Positions 1 to 9,345 of a stretch of DNA of 64,000 bases are shown here, in pieces. The notes below the pieces were generated by a model. It made no database searches, was not told the origin of the DNA, and saw nothing but the letters and a program-made list of their open reading frames with translations. The DNA is from a virus. How positions within the stretch are numbered: the first letter of the stretch is position 1; each line of letters starts with the position of its first letter. A program made the translations under genes and the position numbers. Location of the stretch: IMG/VR virus record IMGVR_UViG_3300046333_000120. One strand, given 5' to 3'.

Positions 1-102
1 TTAGTACTTTTTGATGCAAAGAATATCCATGCAGCAACTCAGTATTTTGGAGATAAAATAGATAACTCTAGATTTTTTCATATGTTTTTCTTTGATGTAT
101 AA
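1..102 (+). CDS. 3' end of probable 2OG-Fe(II) oxygenase-family protein (partial)
   Basis: Frame 1 reads LVLFDAKNIHAATQYFGDKIDNSRFFHMFFFDV*. The LVLFD..x..H...R pattern matches the distal His and 2OG-binding Arg of the 2OG-oxygenase C-terminus. Confidence 0.6.
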   Translation, partial: LVLFDAKNIHAATQYFGDKIDNSRFFHMFFFDV

Positions 103-119
103 TAACTTAATATAATAAT

Positions 120-1955
120 ATGAAAATTAATATAATCACTAGATGTACTAGATTAGGTAATATCGAACAGGTTAAGGAATCAGTATTTAGTAATTTAACA
201 AAAAATACAATAGTTGAATGGCATATTGTATTTGACACAGCTTCGCTTAAAGATATTGATGCTGAATTATTAAATAGATTAGATGGTGAAAATACTAAAC
301 TTCACTTTATGAAAGGAGATGGATGGGGTTTAAGTCAATTAAATGGTCTTATTAAACAACTAGATGGATGGGTATATCATGTTGATGATGACAACATAGT
401 ACATCCTAATTTCTATGAAAGAATAGAAAAAGAGATTGAAAGTAATAAAGATGCAAAGGTTCTTATATTTTCACAATATGTTGGAGGAAAGGATTTTTCA
501 AGACTTGATATCAGAGAAGCTAAACATGAAAATGTTGCAGTTTCTAAAATAGATTTAGCACAATGGTTAATTCATTCAAGTCTACATATTGACTATGAAT
601 ATGGATCTGGTTATATAGCAGATGGACAATTTATATCTAATTTATATGAAAAAGAATCTAAGCATTTTGCATTTATTCCAGATATATTATGTCATTATAA
701 CTTCTTAGAAAAGAAATCATCAGCAAATGTTCCAAAAATATTATATATAGGAAAAGATGAACCTTTATTAAAATCATTAAAGGTATTGGAATATGAGGCA
801 GATAATTTAAATATTAAATATTTAAAGTCTGATGAAAATATTCCAATGGTTCTTGCACAATTTAAACCAGATTGTATTATTACAAGAGGAGATTCATGGA
901 GAAATTTCGAAGTATTAGCAAGTATGCCAGCACAATTTCGAAGAAAATGGATTAATATACCTGAAGAAGAAAGCACAGAAGTAGTTGGTCAATCAGCATA
1001 CCAATGTGCAATGAATACCATGATAGAACCTAATTCATTAGAAGATTCTGAAATGATTTCGTATACAACTCCAATTTATAATACAAAGGAAAAATTGTAT
1101 GAAACATATGAATCATTAAGGCAACAAACATATATGAATTGGGAATGGGTGCTTGTGAATGATTCAACAGATGGAGGTAAAACATTAAAGATCGCAGAAG
1201 ATATTGCAGCACATGATCCTCGTGTTAAAGTGTATGACTTTAGAGAGAAGAGTGGTGGAAATATAGGCGAAGTTAAATGGAGAGCTAATAGTATGGCTAA
1301 AGGATTTATTCTTGCCGAATTAGACCATGATGATTTATTAGTGCCATGGTGTACTGAAGATTTATATAAAGCGGCAAAGAAACATCCGGAAGCTGGATTC
1401 TTTTTTAATGACACACTAGAAGTTAATGAAAATTGGGAATATCAAACATATCCTGAAGGTTTTGCATTTTCATATGGATCTTATAGAGATGAAGAGTACA
1501 ATGGAAAAATGGTAAAGGTAGCAACTCAACACAATATTAATCCAAAAACAATTAGACATATAGTAGGAGTTCCTAACCATGTCAGAGCGTGGAGACGTTC
1601 TACTTATTTTGAAATCGGAGGGCATAATAGAAATCTTGCAATAGCAGATGATTACGAATTAATTGTAAGAACTTTTCTAAAAACGATAACATGTAAAATT
1701 CCTAAATTAGGATATGTTCAATTTTTATATAATAATGCAACTGGTCAAAATACACATGACTTAGCTAGAGCCGATATTCAACGAAGAGTAAGAACTATTA
1801 GCTATTATTATAATGAACAAATCAATGAAAGATTTGAAGAACTTGGATTAAAGGATTGGGCATATGAAGAAAATCCAAACGCACCATTAAATACAAGACC
1901 AAGATTCGGTGAAGAGGAAATGGCAGCAAATATTGTTTATACTGAAAATGAATAA
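120..1955 (+). CDS. Two-domain GT-A/GT2 glycosyltransferase
   Basis: N-domain has VDDDN. C-domain has TPIYNT..WEWVLVNDS..ELDHDD..ADDYEL GT2 motifs. Confidence 0.85.
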   Translation: MKINIITRCTRLGNIEQVKESVFSNLTKNTIVEWHIVFDTASLKDIDAELLNRLDGENTKLHFMKGDGWGLSQLNGLIKQLDGWVYHVDDDNIVHPNFYERIEKEIESNKDAKVLIFSQYVGGKDFSRLDIREAKHENVAVSKIDLAQWLIHSSLHIDYEYGSGYIADGQFISNLYEKESKHFAFIPDILCHYNFLEKKSSANVPKILYIGKDEPLLKSLKVLEYEADNLNIKYLKSDENIPMVLAQFKPDCIITRGDSWRNFEVLASMPAQFRRKWINIPEEESTEVVGQSAYQCAMNTMIEPNSLEDSEMISYTTPIYNTKEKLYETYESLRQQTYMNWEWVLVNDSTDGGKTLKIAEDIAAHDPRVKVYDFREKSGGNIGEVKWRANSMAKGFILAELDHDDLLVPWCTEDLYKAAKKHPEAGFFFNDTLEVNENWEYQTYPEGFAFSYGSYRDEEYNGKMVKVATQHNINPKTIRHIVGVPNHVRAWRRSTYFEIGGHNRNLAIADDYELIVRTFLKTITCKIPKLGYVQFLYNNATGQNTHDLARADIQRRVRTISYYYNEQINERFEELGLKDWAYEENPNAPLNTRPRFGEEEMAANIVYTENE

Positions 1956-2169
1956 TACATTTGTTAAAATATGGGTTCATAATATGGAAGTTGATCGAAT
2001 GGTTGACTTCCTACTTGAGCGTATTGAAGATGCTCCCACTTATTTTATATGCGAAACATATCTTCCAGAATCAATTACCGGTGGATGGATTGAATTATCC
2101 ATAACATTTAAAAGATATTTAAAACTCAGACAAACACGCGATTATACAGATTTCATATCTACTAAATAA
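1948..2169 (+). CDS. Hypothetical protein
   Basis: ORF track 1909..2169. ATG at 1948 overlapping the upstream stop is the likelier start. Confidence 0.55.
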   Translation: MNNTFVKIWVHNMEVDRMVDFLLERIEDAPTYFICETYLPESITGGWIELSITFKRYLKLRQTRDYTDFISTK

Positions 2170-2194
2170 ACTTTTTTGAATATTCACATATAAT
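2167..2194 (+). promoter_or_regulatory. Putative phage promoter TAAAC-N17-TATAAT
   Basis: Same bipartite motif with 17-nt spacer recurs at six sites upstream of genes. Confidence 0.6.
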
Positions 2195-2199
2195 ATTAT

Positions 2200-2436
2200 A
2201 TGGCAAAAATCAAAAAACCTTTAGAAATTTATGTTGTTAAACCAATCATTGGTGAAAGATACCATTTTAGATTTGCAGGTACACTTATGTATGGACCTAT
2301 TATATCTTTATGTGATAGTTTAACAAAGTTACATGGGCATGCATGTTATTGGTTCACATGCGATAAAGAAGGTATAAAGTCATGTAAATATCCAGTATCT
2401 ATTTATAATATTTCTAAAAAATCAGAAGATGTATAG
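2200..2436 (+). CDS. Hypothetical protein
   Basis: ORF directly after the promoter motif. Confidence 0.65.
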   Translation: MAKIKKPLEIYVVKPIIGERYHFRFAGTLMYGPIISLCDSLTKLHGHACYWFTCDKEGIKSCKYPVSIYNISKKSEDV

Positions 2437-3151
2437 CGTATCAAATTTAAAATCAATGTTATTTATTGACATTGAAACAGTTTCAGAATTTAAATATTAT
2501 AGTGAGTTTTGTGAAAACAGACCAGGTGCAATAATTCATTGGATAAAGAAAGCAGATAATTATCGAAGAACTGAAATTGATTGTGCAGAACTAAGTGATG
2601 CAGATCTTTATTTAAAAAATGCAGCATTACATCCTGAGTTTGCAAAAATAATTGTAGTTTCAATTGGTCAAATTCAGTTTGATGAAAATGGAAATCCAAT
2701 TAATGATAAAATTAGATCATTTTATGGAGATGATGAGTCAGTTTTTTTACATGAATTCATGGGAACTATTCAAGCAATCTTTAATAAGAATTCAAATATT
2801 CAATTTGTTGGACATAATATTAAAAACTTTGATTTTCCTTTTCTAATTAAAAGATCAATAATCAAAGGCATTCAAGTACCTCATCAATTGCATCTACAAA
2901 ACAAAAAGCCATGGGAAAATTGTTTATTAGATACTTATGACATTTGGAAATTTGCGGGATGGGGTAGTGCATCACTTGATTTAATATGTGATACATTAAG
3001 TATTCCATCACCTAAATCTTTAATGAAAGGCGACGAAACTACTGAAGAATATTGGAATGGAAATCTAGAGAAAATAAAAACATATTGTGAAGCTGACGTT
3101 AAATCAACAATGAATGTTATGCTTAAATTCTCATATAAATCTATAATTTAA
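2429..3151 (+). CDS. PolB-like 3'-5' exonuclease (DEDD family)
   Basis: ExoI FIDIET, ExoII GHNIKNFDFPF, ExoIII YCEADV. Confidence 0.85.
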   Translation: MYSVSNLKSMLFIDIETVSEFKYYSEFCENRPGAIIHWIKKADNYRRTEIDCAELSDADLYLKNAALHPEFAKIIVVSIGQIQFDENGNPINDKIRSFYGDDESVFLHEFMGTIQAIFNKNSNIQFVGHNIKNFDFPFLIKRSIIKGIQVPHQLHLQNKKPWENCLLDTYDIWKFAGWGSASLDLICDTLSIPSPKSLMKGDETTEEYWNGNLEKIKTYCEADVKSTMNVMLKFSYKSII

Positions 3152-3155
3152 GAAT

Positions 3156-3983
3156 ATGAAAGTATGGGCATACGTTACTGTTTGGAATGAGGAGAAGATG
3201 CTCCCATATTATTTAAGACACTATTCTCTATTTTGTGAAAGAATAATAGTATTAGATAATAAGTCAACAGACAGCACTCTAGACATTTGCAAGCAATGGC
3301 CAATGGTAGAAGTTAGGGAATTTGATACCAATGAAACATTTAATGATTATGTACATTTAGATTTAAAACATAAATGTATTGAAGAGTCTAAGGGAAATGC
3401 AGATTATATTATAATAAGTGATTGTGATGAATTTATATACCATCCTAATATTATTCAATTTTTACAAGAAAATAAATATCCAGTAATATTTCCGGCAGGT
3501 TTTCAAATGGTTTCACATTCATTTCCAACAGGAGAAGGACAAATATATGATGATATAAAAACTGGAGTTCCAGATCCATGGTATTCTAAACCTATTATTA
3601 TTAATCCAAATAAAATAGAATCTTTAATATGGATAGAGGGTTGCCATGAAATAGAATTATATTCTAAATTTGATGGAGAAATATTACATCCAGTTCCAAT
3701 TCAAATTAGACCAATAGGAGAATGGAATGGACATCCATGGGGAAGATGGAAGATGCAATTCGAAATACTAGATACCTATAATGATTTTCCGATAAAGTTA
3801 TTACATTATAAATTTATGGGTTCTGACTACGTTAAATCTAAATATGCACAATATGTTTTTAGAAATAGTAAACAAAACCAAGACGCTGGATTGGCAAATC
3901 ATTATAAGATTGCAATTGAAGGAAATAATATTGAAAATGAAATAAATACATTAATGAATAAAACTATTATAGTAAATTGTTAA
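3156..3983 (+). CDS. Glycosyltransferase family 2-like protein
   Basis: WNEEKMLPYYLRHY..LDNKSTDST..SDCDEF. Confidence 0.8.
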   Translation: MKVWAYVTVWNEEKMLPYYLRHYSLFCERIIVLDNKSTDSTLDICKQWPMVEVREFDTNETFNDYVHLDLKHKCIEESKGNADYIIISDCDEFIYHPNIIQFLQENKYPVIFPAGFQMVSHSFPTGEGQIYDDIKTGVPDPWYSKPIIINPNKIESLIWIEGCHEIELYSKFDGEILHPVPIQIRPIGEWNGHPWGRWKMQFEILDTYNDFPIKLLHYKFMGSDYVKSKYAQYVFRNSKQNQDAGLANHYKIAIEGNNIENEINTLMNKTIIVNC

Positions 3984-4056
3984 TAACTTTTATAAAATAA
4001 TTAGCCAAACATTTTTTTGTTTGGCTTTTTTAGTTATATTTACATTATAATTAAAA
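3977..4056 (+). repeat. Intergenic hairpin/promoter module, copy 1
   Basis: TTGTTAATAACTTTT..AAAATAA-[AGCCAAACA/TGTTTGGCT stem]-T-run-TATATTTACATTATAATTAAAA; near-identical to 8972-9053. Confidence 0.8.
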
Positions 4057-4069
4057 TAGATAAAAAAAC

Positions 4070-4354
4070 ATGGAAGACTTTGACCCTAATGAATTATTTG
4101 AAGAAAATAACGAAATTGAAACTATAAAAAAAGATGCACAAATGGAAGATGCACTGTATGCTTTGAAATTAAAACTTGCAAATGAAAACTATGAAATGAT
4201 AGTTGAGAAGGGAATCGATATTAAGTCCATGAGAAAAAATGGTCTAGATATTGATGCATTAGAAACAACGTTAAAGGTTATGTTAGATTTATTTATTGAA
4301 TTAGAGGAATATGAAAAATGTTCAAAGATTAAAGATGTTATTGAACAAATCTAA
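4070..4354 (+). CDS. Small acidic protein with C-terminal UVR-like EEYEKC motif
   Basis: FIELEEYEKCSKIKDVI. Confidence 0.7.
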   Translation: MEDFDPNELFEENNEIETIKKDAQMEDALYALKLKLANENYEMIVEKGIDIKSMRKNGLDIDALETTLKVMLDLFIELEEYEKCSKIKDVIEQI

Positions 4355-4384
4355 AATATATAATATATTAATAAATTAAATAAT

Positions 4385-4519
4385 ATGAACGAAGAATTAT
4401 TAAAACAAATCGCTGAAAGTCTTGTTAGAATTGCAATATGCATGGAAAATAAACAAGCAAGAGAAGTTGCTGAAAATAAAAAGAAGTTACAAGAATCTAA
4501 GAAATCATCTAGTAAATAA
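4385..4519 (+). CDS. 44-aa hypothetical protein (not in ORF track)
   Basis: MNEELLKQIAESLVRIAICMENKQAREVAENKKKLQESKKSSSK*; fills the gap before dnaJ. Confidence 0.55.
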   Translation: MNEELLKQIAESLVRIAICMENKQAREVAENKKKLQESKKSSSK

Positions 4520-4521
4520 AT

Positions 4522-5322
4522 ATGAATTACTACGAAACACTTAATGTTTCACAGGATGCATCGTCAGACGATATTAAAAAATCGTATAGGAGATTGGTAA
4601 AACAATACCATCCAGATAAAACAGGTGGAGATGATATTCAATTTAAAAAAATATCAGAAGCTTATGAAATTTTAGGAGATCCTGATAAGAGAAAGAAGCA
4701 TGATAGTAAAAATAATAAACATGCATCTGCATCCTATGGATTTAGCAATGAATGGGAAGATATTTTTAATAAATATGATTTTTCAAATATGTTTGACCAA
4801 TCATTTGGTGCTAATGCCAGAGGTAATGATGTTAGAGTCTCAATAAATATAACAATAGAGGAAAGCTATGAAGGAACAAGAAGATACATCGATGTCGGAA
4901 CTGGTGGATTTAATATTAATATACCTAAGGGAATTCCGAATGGCACGAAACTTAAAGTCAAAGAAAAAGGTCAAAGCCATCCAATTAACTCAAGCGCCAC
5001 AAGGGGAGATATAATATTAACAGTAAATGTTTTACATGATATTGATTTACTAGTGAATGGACATGACATCTTTATAGATTTATATCTAGATTGGATTGAT
5101 ATGCTACTTGGCGGTGAATTTGATGTAAAAACAAAGGTACATAATGTAAAAATTAAAGTGCCACAAGGTTCACATGATTCTAAAATACTTAGAGTTATTG
5201 GTAAAGGAATGCCAATATATAACTCAGATGGATTTGGTAATTTAATGGTTAAACTTAGAAACTTACCAATTAATTTAACAGAAGATCAAATAGAATTATT
5301 AAAAAAGATAAAAAGTTCGTGA
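4522..5322 (+). CDS. dnaJ: DnaJ-class co-chaperone (class B/CbpA-like, no Zn finger)
   Basis: J-domain YYETL..HPDK..ISEAYEIL plus DnaJ C-terminal domain (GKGMP..GNLMV). Confidence 0.9.
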   Translation: MNYYETLNVSQDASSDDIKKSYRRLVKQYHPDKTGGDDIQFKKISEAYEILGDPDKRKKHDSKNNKHASASYGFSNEWEDIFNKYDFSNMFDQSFGANARGNDVRVSINITIEESYEGTRRYIDVGTGGFNINIPKGIPNGTKLKVKEKGQSHPINSSATRGDIILTVNVLHDIDLLVNGHDIFIDLYLDWIDMLLGGEFDVKTKVHNVKIKVPQGSHDSKILRVIGKGMPIYNSDGFGNLMVKLRNLPINLTEDQIELLKKIKSS

Positions 5323-5573
5323 TGGATGAATTAGAAGAAAATGGATACGATGAAACGAAATTTATTAAAAAATTACAAGAATCCTCAAAGGACGAAATGA
5401 TGGATTTAATATATCATTCTATAGTAAATGAAAGAATGGGTGCTTTAAAACACAATGCACCTATCGAAGATAAAATAGAAGGAGTTCAAAAGATTTTAGA
5501 TTTTTTTAAAGAAAGAGAAGAATATGAAAAATGTATTGAACTTAAAAAAATAATAGATAAACTATCATGTTAA
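5319..5573 (+). CDS. Small protein with C-terminal UVR-like EEYEKC motif
   Basis: FFKEREEYEKCIELKKII. Confidence 0.7.
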   Translation: MMDELEENGYDETKFIKKLQESSKDEMMDLIYHSIVNERMGALKHNAPIEDKIEGVQKILDFFKEREEYEKCIELKKIIDKLSC

Positions 5574-5746
5574 TATCAAATGTAGAAAATGGAAATATAG
5601 AAAAAGCACTTAAAAATCTTAAGCGTAAAGTTTTTTTAACCAAACAAACACAAGAACTTAAGGAAAGAAAGGAATTTGTAAAACCATCTATTAAAAAAAG
5701 AGAAATAATTACAAAGGCAAAATATATCCAACAAAATATAATATAA
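5567..5746 (+). CDS. rpsU: Phage-encoded ribosomal protein bS21 (59 aa, below ORF-track cutoff)
   Basis: MLISNVENGNIEKALKNLKRKVFLTKQTQELKERKEFVKPSIKKREIITKAKYIQQNII*. IEKALK..KRK, F.KPS and KAxYIQ match Bacteroidetes bS21. Confidence 0.9.
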   Translation: MLISNVENGNIEKALKNLKRKVFLTKQTQELKERKEFVKPSIKKREIITKAKYIQQNII

Positions 5747-5845
5747 TAACATTTTTATCCCTGGGAATTAATTCATATATCCATCTAAATATATAATAAA
5801 GATAAAGTATATTAATACTTATTCTATTAAAAACAAACAATACAG

Positions 5846-6103
5846 ATGGAAGAAGTTACAAGAGATGAAAGAGACTCTTTAATGAGATCCAGCTACTACA
5901 TAATAACTAGAAATTTTACAAAAACCGTTAATAGGTTTATTGTATATCAAGATAGCAAAAATACAATAGATATTCCACATGGAATTGGACAAAGAAGTAT
6001 GTTCATCGATCTTCTTATAGAGTATTTTGTAGAGTTGGAAGAATATGAAAAATGTGATACACTAAAAAAGTTAAAAGAACTTGTCATTATGGCAGGTGAT
6101 TAA
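5846..6103 (+). CDS. Small protein with C-terminal UVR-like EEYEKC motif
   Basis: YFVELEEYEKCDTLKKL. Confidence 0.7.
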   Translation: MEEVTRDERDSLMRSSYYIITRNFTKTVNRFIVYQDSKNTIDIPHGIGQRSMFIDLLIEYFVELEEYEKCDTLKKLKELVIMAGD

Positions 6104-6117
6104 ATATACTTAAATTT

Positions 6118-6825
6118 ATGCAAAAGAAGACTAGTTCAGAGCACACTCCTGCTATTAAAAGAATGTCGGTTAAAGAAGAAAACATTAAACATGTTAATTT
6201 ACGAGACAATCAAAGAGAATACGTCCAACAAATTTTAAAGAATCAAATCACATTTTGCTCAGGTCCTGCTGGAACCTCAAAAACATTTACAGCGTGCTAC
6301 ACTTCATTATTATTACTTGCTGAAAAGAAGGTAAAGAAGATTATTTTATGTAAACCTATACAGGAATCTGGAGAGAAATTAGGATTTTTACCTGGTGATA
6401 TTGCAGACAAAATAGATCCATATATGCAATCATATATTTCTAATTTTAAGAAAATTGTAGGCGATGAATTAACTGAAAGTTTAATTCACCATGGACTAAT
6501 CGAATTTAAACCACTTGCATTTATGCGAGGAGATACATTTGATGATGCGTTCATGATTTTAGATGAGGCACAAAATGCACAATGGCATGCATTAATTTTA
6601 TTCATAACAAGGATGGGTAAAAATTCAAAGGTATTAGTCACTGGAGATATTAGTCAATATGATATAGCTAAGGACAAAGTATCATTTCATAAGTTTATTA
6701 AAATTTTTAGTAAAGTACATGGGGTTGGAGTTCATGCATTCACATCAAAGGACATTGTAAGAGCTAAAATTCTGCAAGAAGTTGTAGACATTTATGATAA
6801 ATGGAAGGATGAAAATAATCTTTAA
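6118..6825 (+). CDS. phoH: PhoH-family ATPase
   Basis: GPAGTSKT Walker A, LGFLPGD, FMRGDTF, ILDEAQN, TRMG, GDISQYD. Confidence 0.95.
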   Translation: MQKKTSSEHTPAIKRMSVKEENIKHVNLRDNQREYVQQILKNQITFCSGPAGTSKTFTACYTSLLLLAEKKVKKIILCKPIQESGEKLGFLPGDIADKIDPYMQSYISNFKKIVGDELTESLIHHGLIEFKPLAFMRGDTFDDAFMILDEAQNAQWHALILFITRMGKNSKVLVTGDISQYDIAKDKVSFHKFIKIFSKVHGVGVHAFTSKDIVRAKILQEVVDIYDKWKDENNL

Positions 6826-6840
6826 TATATAAATAAAACC

Positions 6841-6897
6841 AGCATAGAATGTTGAATTTGTAGTTATTTTCATAAAAAATTCTATGCTTGGCTTTTT
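6841..6897 (+). terminator. Stem-loop between phoH and homing endonuclease
   Basis: AGCATAGAAT (6841-50) / ATTCTATGCT (6879-88) inverted repeat followed by a T-run. Confidence 0.45.
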
Positions 6898-6944
6898 TCA
6901 TAAATAAAAAGATATATAATATAACTACAAATATATCAACATTT

Positions 6945-7742
6945 ATGAAAAACTACAAATATTATTATGTGTATCGAATAACAAATAAGATTCATAATAA
7001 ACATTATTATGGATATCGATCTTCAAATACTATTCCAGGCTTAGATATTGGAATAAAATATCTATCTTCAAGTAGCGATAAAGATTTTATAAAAGACCAA
7101 ATTCAAAATCCACAGAATTATAAATATGTAATTGTGCGTATTTTTAACAATAGGGAAGATGCGCATAACCTAGAAATTAAATTACATGCACGATTTAACG
7201 TAGGCGCTAATCCATCATTTTATAATAAAGCAAAAGCAACTTCTTCTAAATTTTCAATAACCGGAACTACTTTATCTGAACAAACCAAGAAAAAAATGTC
7301 AGAATCACGTAAAGGAAGAATAGTTACACAGGAAACACGTAATAAAATATCTATTGCAAATAAGGGAACAACACATGATGCCAATTTTAGAGATGCTGTT
7401 AAAATGCGAATGCAAGGAAATTCACACCACACTGGTAAAAAGCACAATGATGCTTCTAAATTAAAAATTTCAGAATCTCTTAAAGGGAAACCTGCATGGA
7501 ATAAGGGACTAGACACTCCAGATTGTGTTAAATTAAAACAGTCATTGTCTAAATTAAATATGACACAAGAACAAAAAGATAAGATGCATTCTTGGAAAAA
7601 AGGTCGACCATTACCTGAAGAAACCAAACAAAAACTTAGAAAGCCTCAGACAAAAATAGAATGCCCTCATTGTAACAAAATTGGAGGTATATCTGCAATG
7701 AAACAGAACCATTTTGATAGATGCAAATATCAGAATGGGTAA
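6945..7742 (+). mobile_element. Free-standing GIY-YIG homing endonuclease with NUMOD3-like repeats and C-terminal Zn finger
   Basis: YVYRITN..KHYYGYR (GIY-YIG), FYNK, repeated (H/L)SE(Q/E)TKKKMSES-like and PAWNKG motifs, CPHC. Likely start is ATG 6945. Confidence 0.85.
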
Positions 7743-7949
7743 AAGTTCAAAAGTACTTGTTACTGGTGATATTAGTCAATACGATATTCCTAAAGCAAGC
7801 GCTGGATTATCTGGATTTATTCAATTAATGAAAGGAGTAAATGGAGTTGGGAACATATCTTTGGAAATAAAGATATTGTAAGAGCTAAAATTTTGCAAGA
7901 GGTTGTAGATCGATACGACAGATGGAGAATCGATAATCCTGAAAAATAA
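7732..7949 (+). pseudogene. phoH: Displaced, frameshifted second copy of phoH 3' end
   Basis: RMGKSSKVLVTGDISQYDIPK..GVG-(1-nt deletion near 7850)-EHIFGNKDIVRAKILQEVVDRYDRW aligns to the last 70 aa of PhoH. Confidence 0.9.
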
Positions 7950-7950
7950 A

Positions 7951-7978
7951 GAAACAATTTAGAATCCATCTATATAAT
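7951..7978 (+). promoter_or_regulatory. Putative phage promoter GAAAC-N17-TATAAT
   Basis: Recurrent bipartite motif; upstream of RNase HII. Confidence 0.6.
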
Positions 7979-7996
7979 ATGTATAAAAATATATAG

Positions 7997-8629
7997 ATGG
8001 AAACTAGACAAATATTACTTAAGTCATCCTATACAGGAGACGAATCAATTGTAGAAATTGGACTTGACGAGGCAGGTCGAGGTGCTTTAGCTGGACCCGT
8101 TACTATATCAGCATGTATTATGCCATTTGGATTTGAACATCCTCTTATTAAAGATTCTAAACTTCTTAATGAACAACAGCGAAAAGATGCCAGAAGAATT
8201 GTATTAGATAATGCAATTGCATATAGTGTTGTTCATATTTATCCAAAACAAATTGAAACTACTAACATTCTAAGAGCCACACTACAAGGAATGAATGAAT
8301 GTTTGGTTAAAGTTAAAGAAAATAATAATTTTGATTTTATTTTAGTTGATGGAGATCAATTTCATGGATTTGATGGCATGCCATTTGAGACTATAATTGG
8401 TGGAGATAATAAATATATCTCAATTGCAGCTGCAAGCATTTTAGCTAAAACAGAAAGAGATGCATTAATGAAAGAGTTAGATATTAAAACTCCAGGATAT
8501 GGTTGGAATTCTAATAAAGGATATGGAACTGCACAACATATTAAAGCAATTAAAGAAATTGGTCCAAATGAAGTACATAGGCCAAGTTTTATATCTCATT
8601 TATTAACGGAAACAGGATCTTTATTTTGA
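7997..8629 (+). CDS. rnhB: Ribonuclease HII
   Basis: GLDEAGRGALAGP, DSKLL, LVDG, IAAASILAK, NKGYGT..H, HRPSF. Confidence 0.95.
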   Translation: METRQILLKSSYTGDESIVEIGLDEAGRGALAGPVTISACIMPFGFEHPLIKDSKLLNEQQRKDARRIVLDNAIAYSVVHIYPKQIETTNILRATLQGMNECLVKVKENNNFDFILVDGDQFHGFDGMPFETIIGGDNKYISIAAASILAKTERDALMKELDIKTPGYGWNSNKGYGTAQHIKAIKEIGPNEVHRPSFISHLLTETGSLF

Positions 8630-8970
8630 AAAACTTAATATATGGTTCATTATTATTTTTAATAGGACAATCTCTAATATGGTTCCAAACAAATGGTCAA
8701 TTTGTTTGGCCATGGTTTAAAAAACATCCAATCATAGTTGCGTTCATTGGAGGCTCTACGATTTCATACATGTTCATAGTTGCTACTGCATTTGTTGCAG
8801 AATATTATGATGGACAATTATGGCCAGGTAGATTTATTGGATTTACCACAGGTATGATTGCATTTTCATTCTTAACATACATGATAATGGATGAACCCTT
8901 AAATACTAAAACTATTATTTCATTAACGCTATCTTTCATATTAATATGTGTGCAGATATTCTGGAAATAA
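8626..8970 (+). CDS. Small 4-TM membrane protein (SMR/EamA-like)
   Basis: Four hydrophobic segments; ends MDEPLNTKTIISLTLSFILICVQ. Confidence 0.6.
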   Translation: MKNLIYGSLLFLIGQSLIWFQTNGQFVWPWFKKHPIIVAFIGGSTISYMFIVATAFVAEYYDGQLWPGRFIGFTTGMIAFSFLTYMIMDEPLNTKTIISLTLSFILICVQIFWK

Positions 8971-8971
8971 A

Positions 8972-9053
8972 TTGTTAATAACTTTTTTGAAAATAAGTAG
9001 CCAAACATTTTTTTGTTTGGCTTTTTTTGATTAGATTTACATTATAATTAAAA
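8972..9053 (+). repeat. Intergenic hairpin/promoter module, copy 2
   Basis: Near-identical to 3977-4056. Confidence 0.8.
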
Positions 9054-9076
9054 CAAATAAACTTAAACACTACATT

Positions 9077-9343
9077 ATGAGTTACACGAATTTCGACAGA
9101 CACGCAAATATGAATGAAGACACTAGATTTGAAATCATGAGTCTTATCAAAGATGTTAGATATTCCGATATTGAAGATACGGAAATTACATTTAATTTAG
9201 AAAATATGTTATATGGTATGTTTGATGGATATTTATATGAAAATGTACAATTATATGCGCTAGAACTACCAAGTGACTTAGAAGAAAGAGTAATGAAAGT
9301 TTATGAAATTTGTAATGCATATCCTAAATTAAAACAAGAATAA
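9077..9343 (+). CDS. Hypothetical protein
   Basis: ORF after the repeat module. Confidence 0.7.
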   Translation: MSYTNFDRHANMNEDTRFEIMSLIKDVRYSDIEDTEITFNLENMLYGMFDGYLYENVQLYALELPSDLEERVMKVYEICNAYPKLKQE

Positions 9344-9345
9344 TT

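Noticed and set aside
6888-6944. TTG start at 6888 for the homing endonuclease
   Set aside because: The extension overlaps a hairpin and the GATATATAA motif; ATG 6945 directly precedes the GIY-YIG motif.
6826-7735. Group I intron or intein in phoH
   Set aside because: Upstream phoH is complete with its own stop and the downstream copy is frameshifted. There is little non-coding space for a ribozyme core and there are no intein termini.
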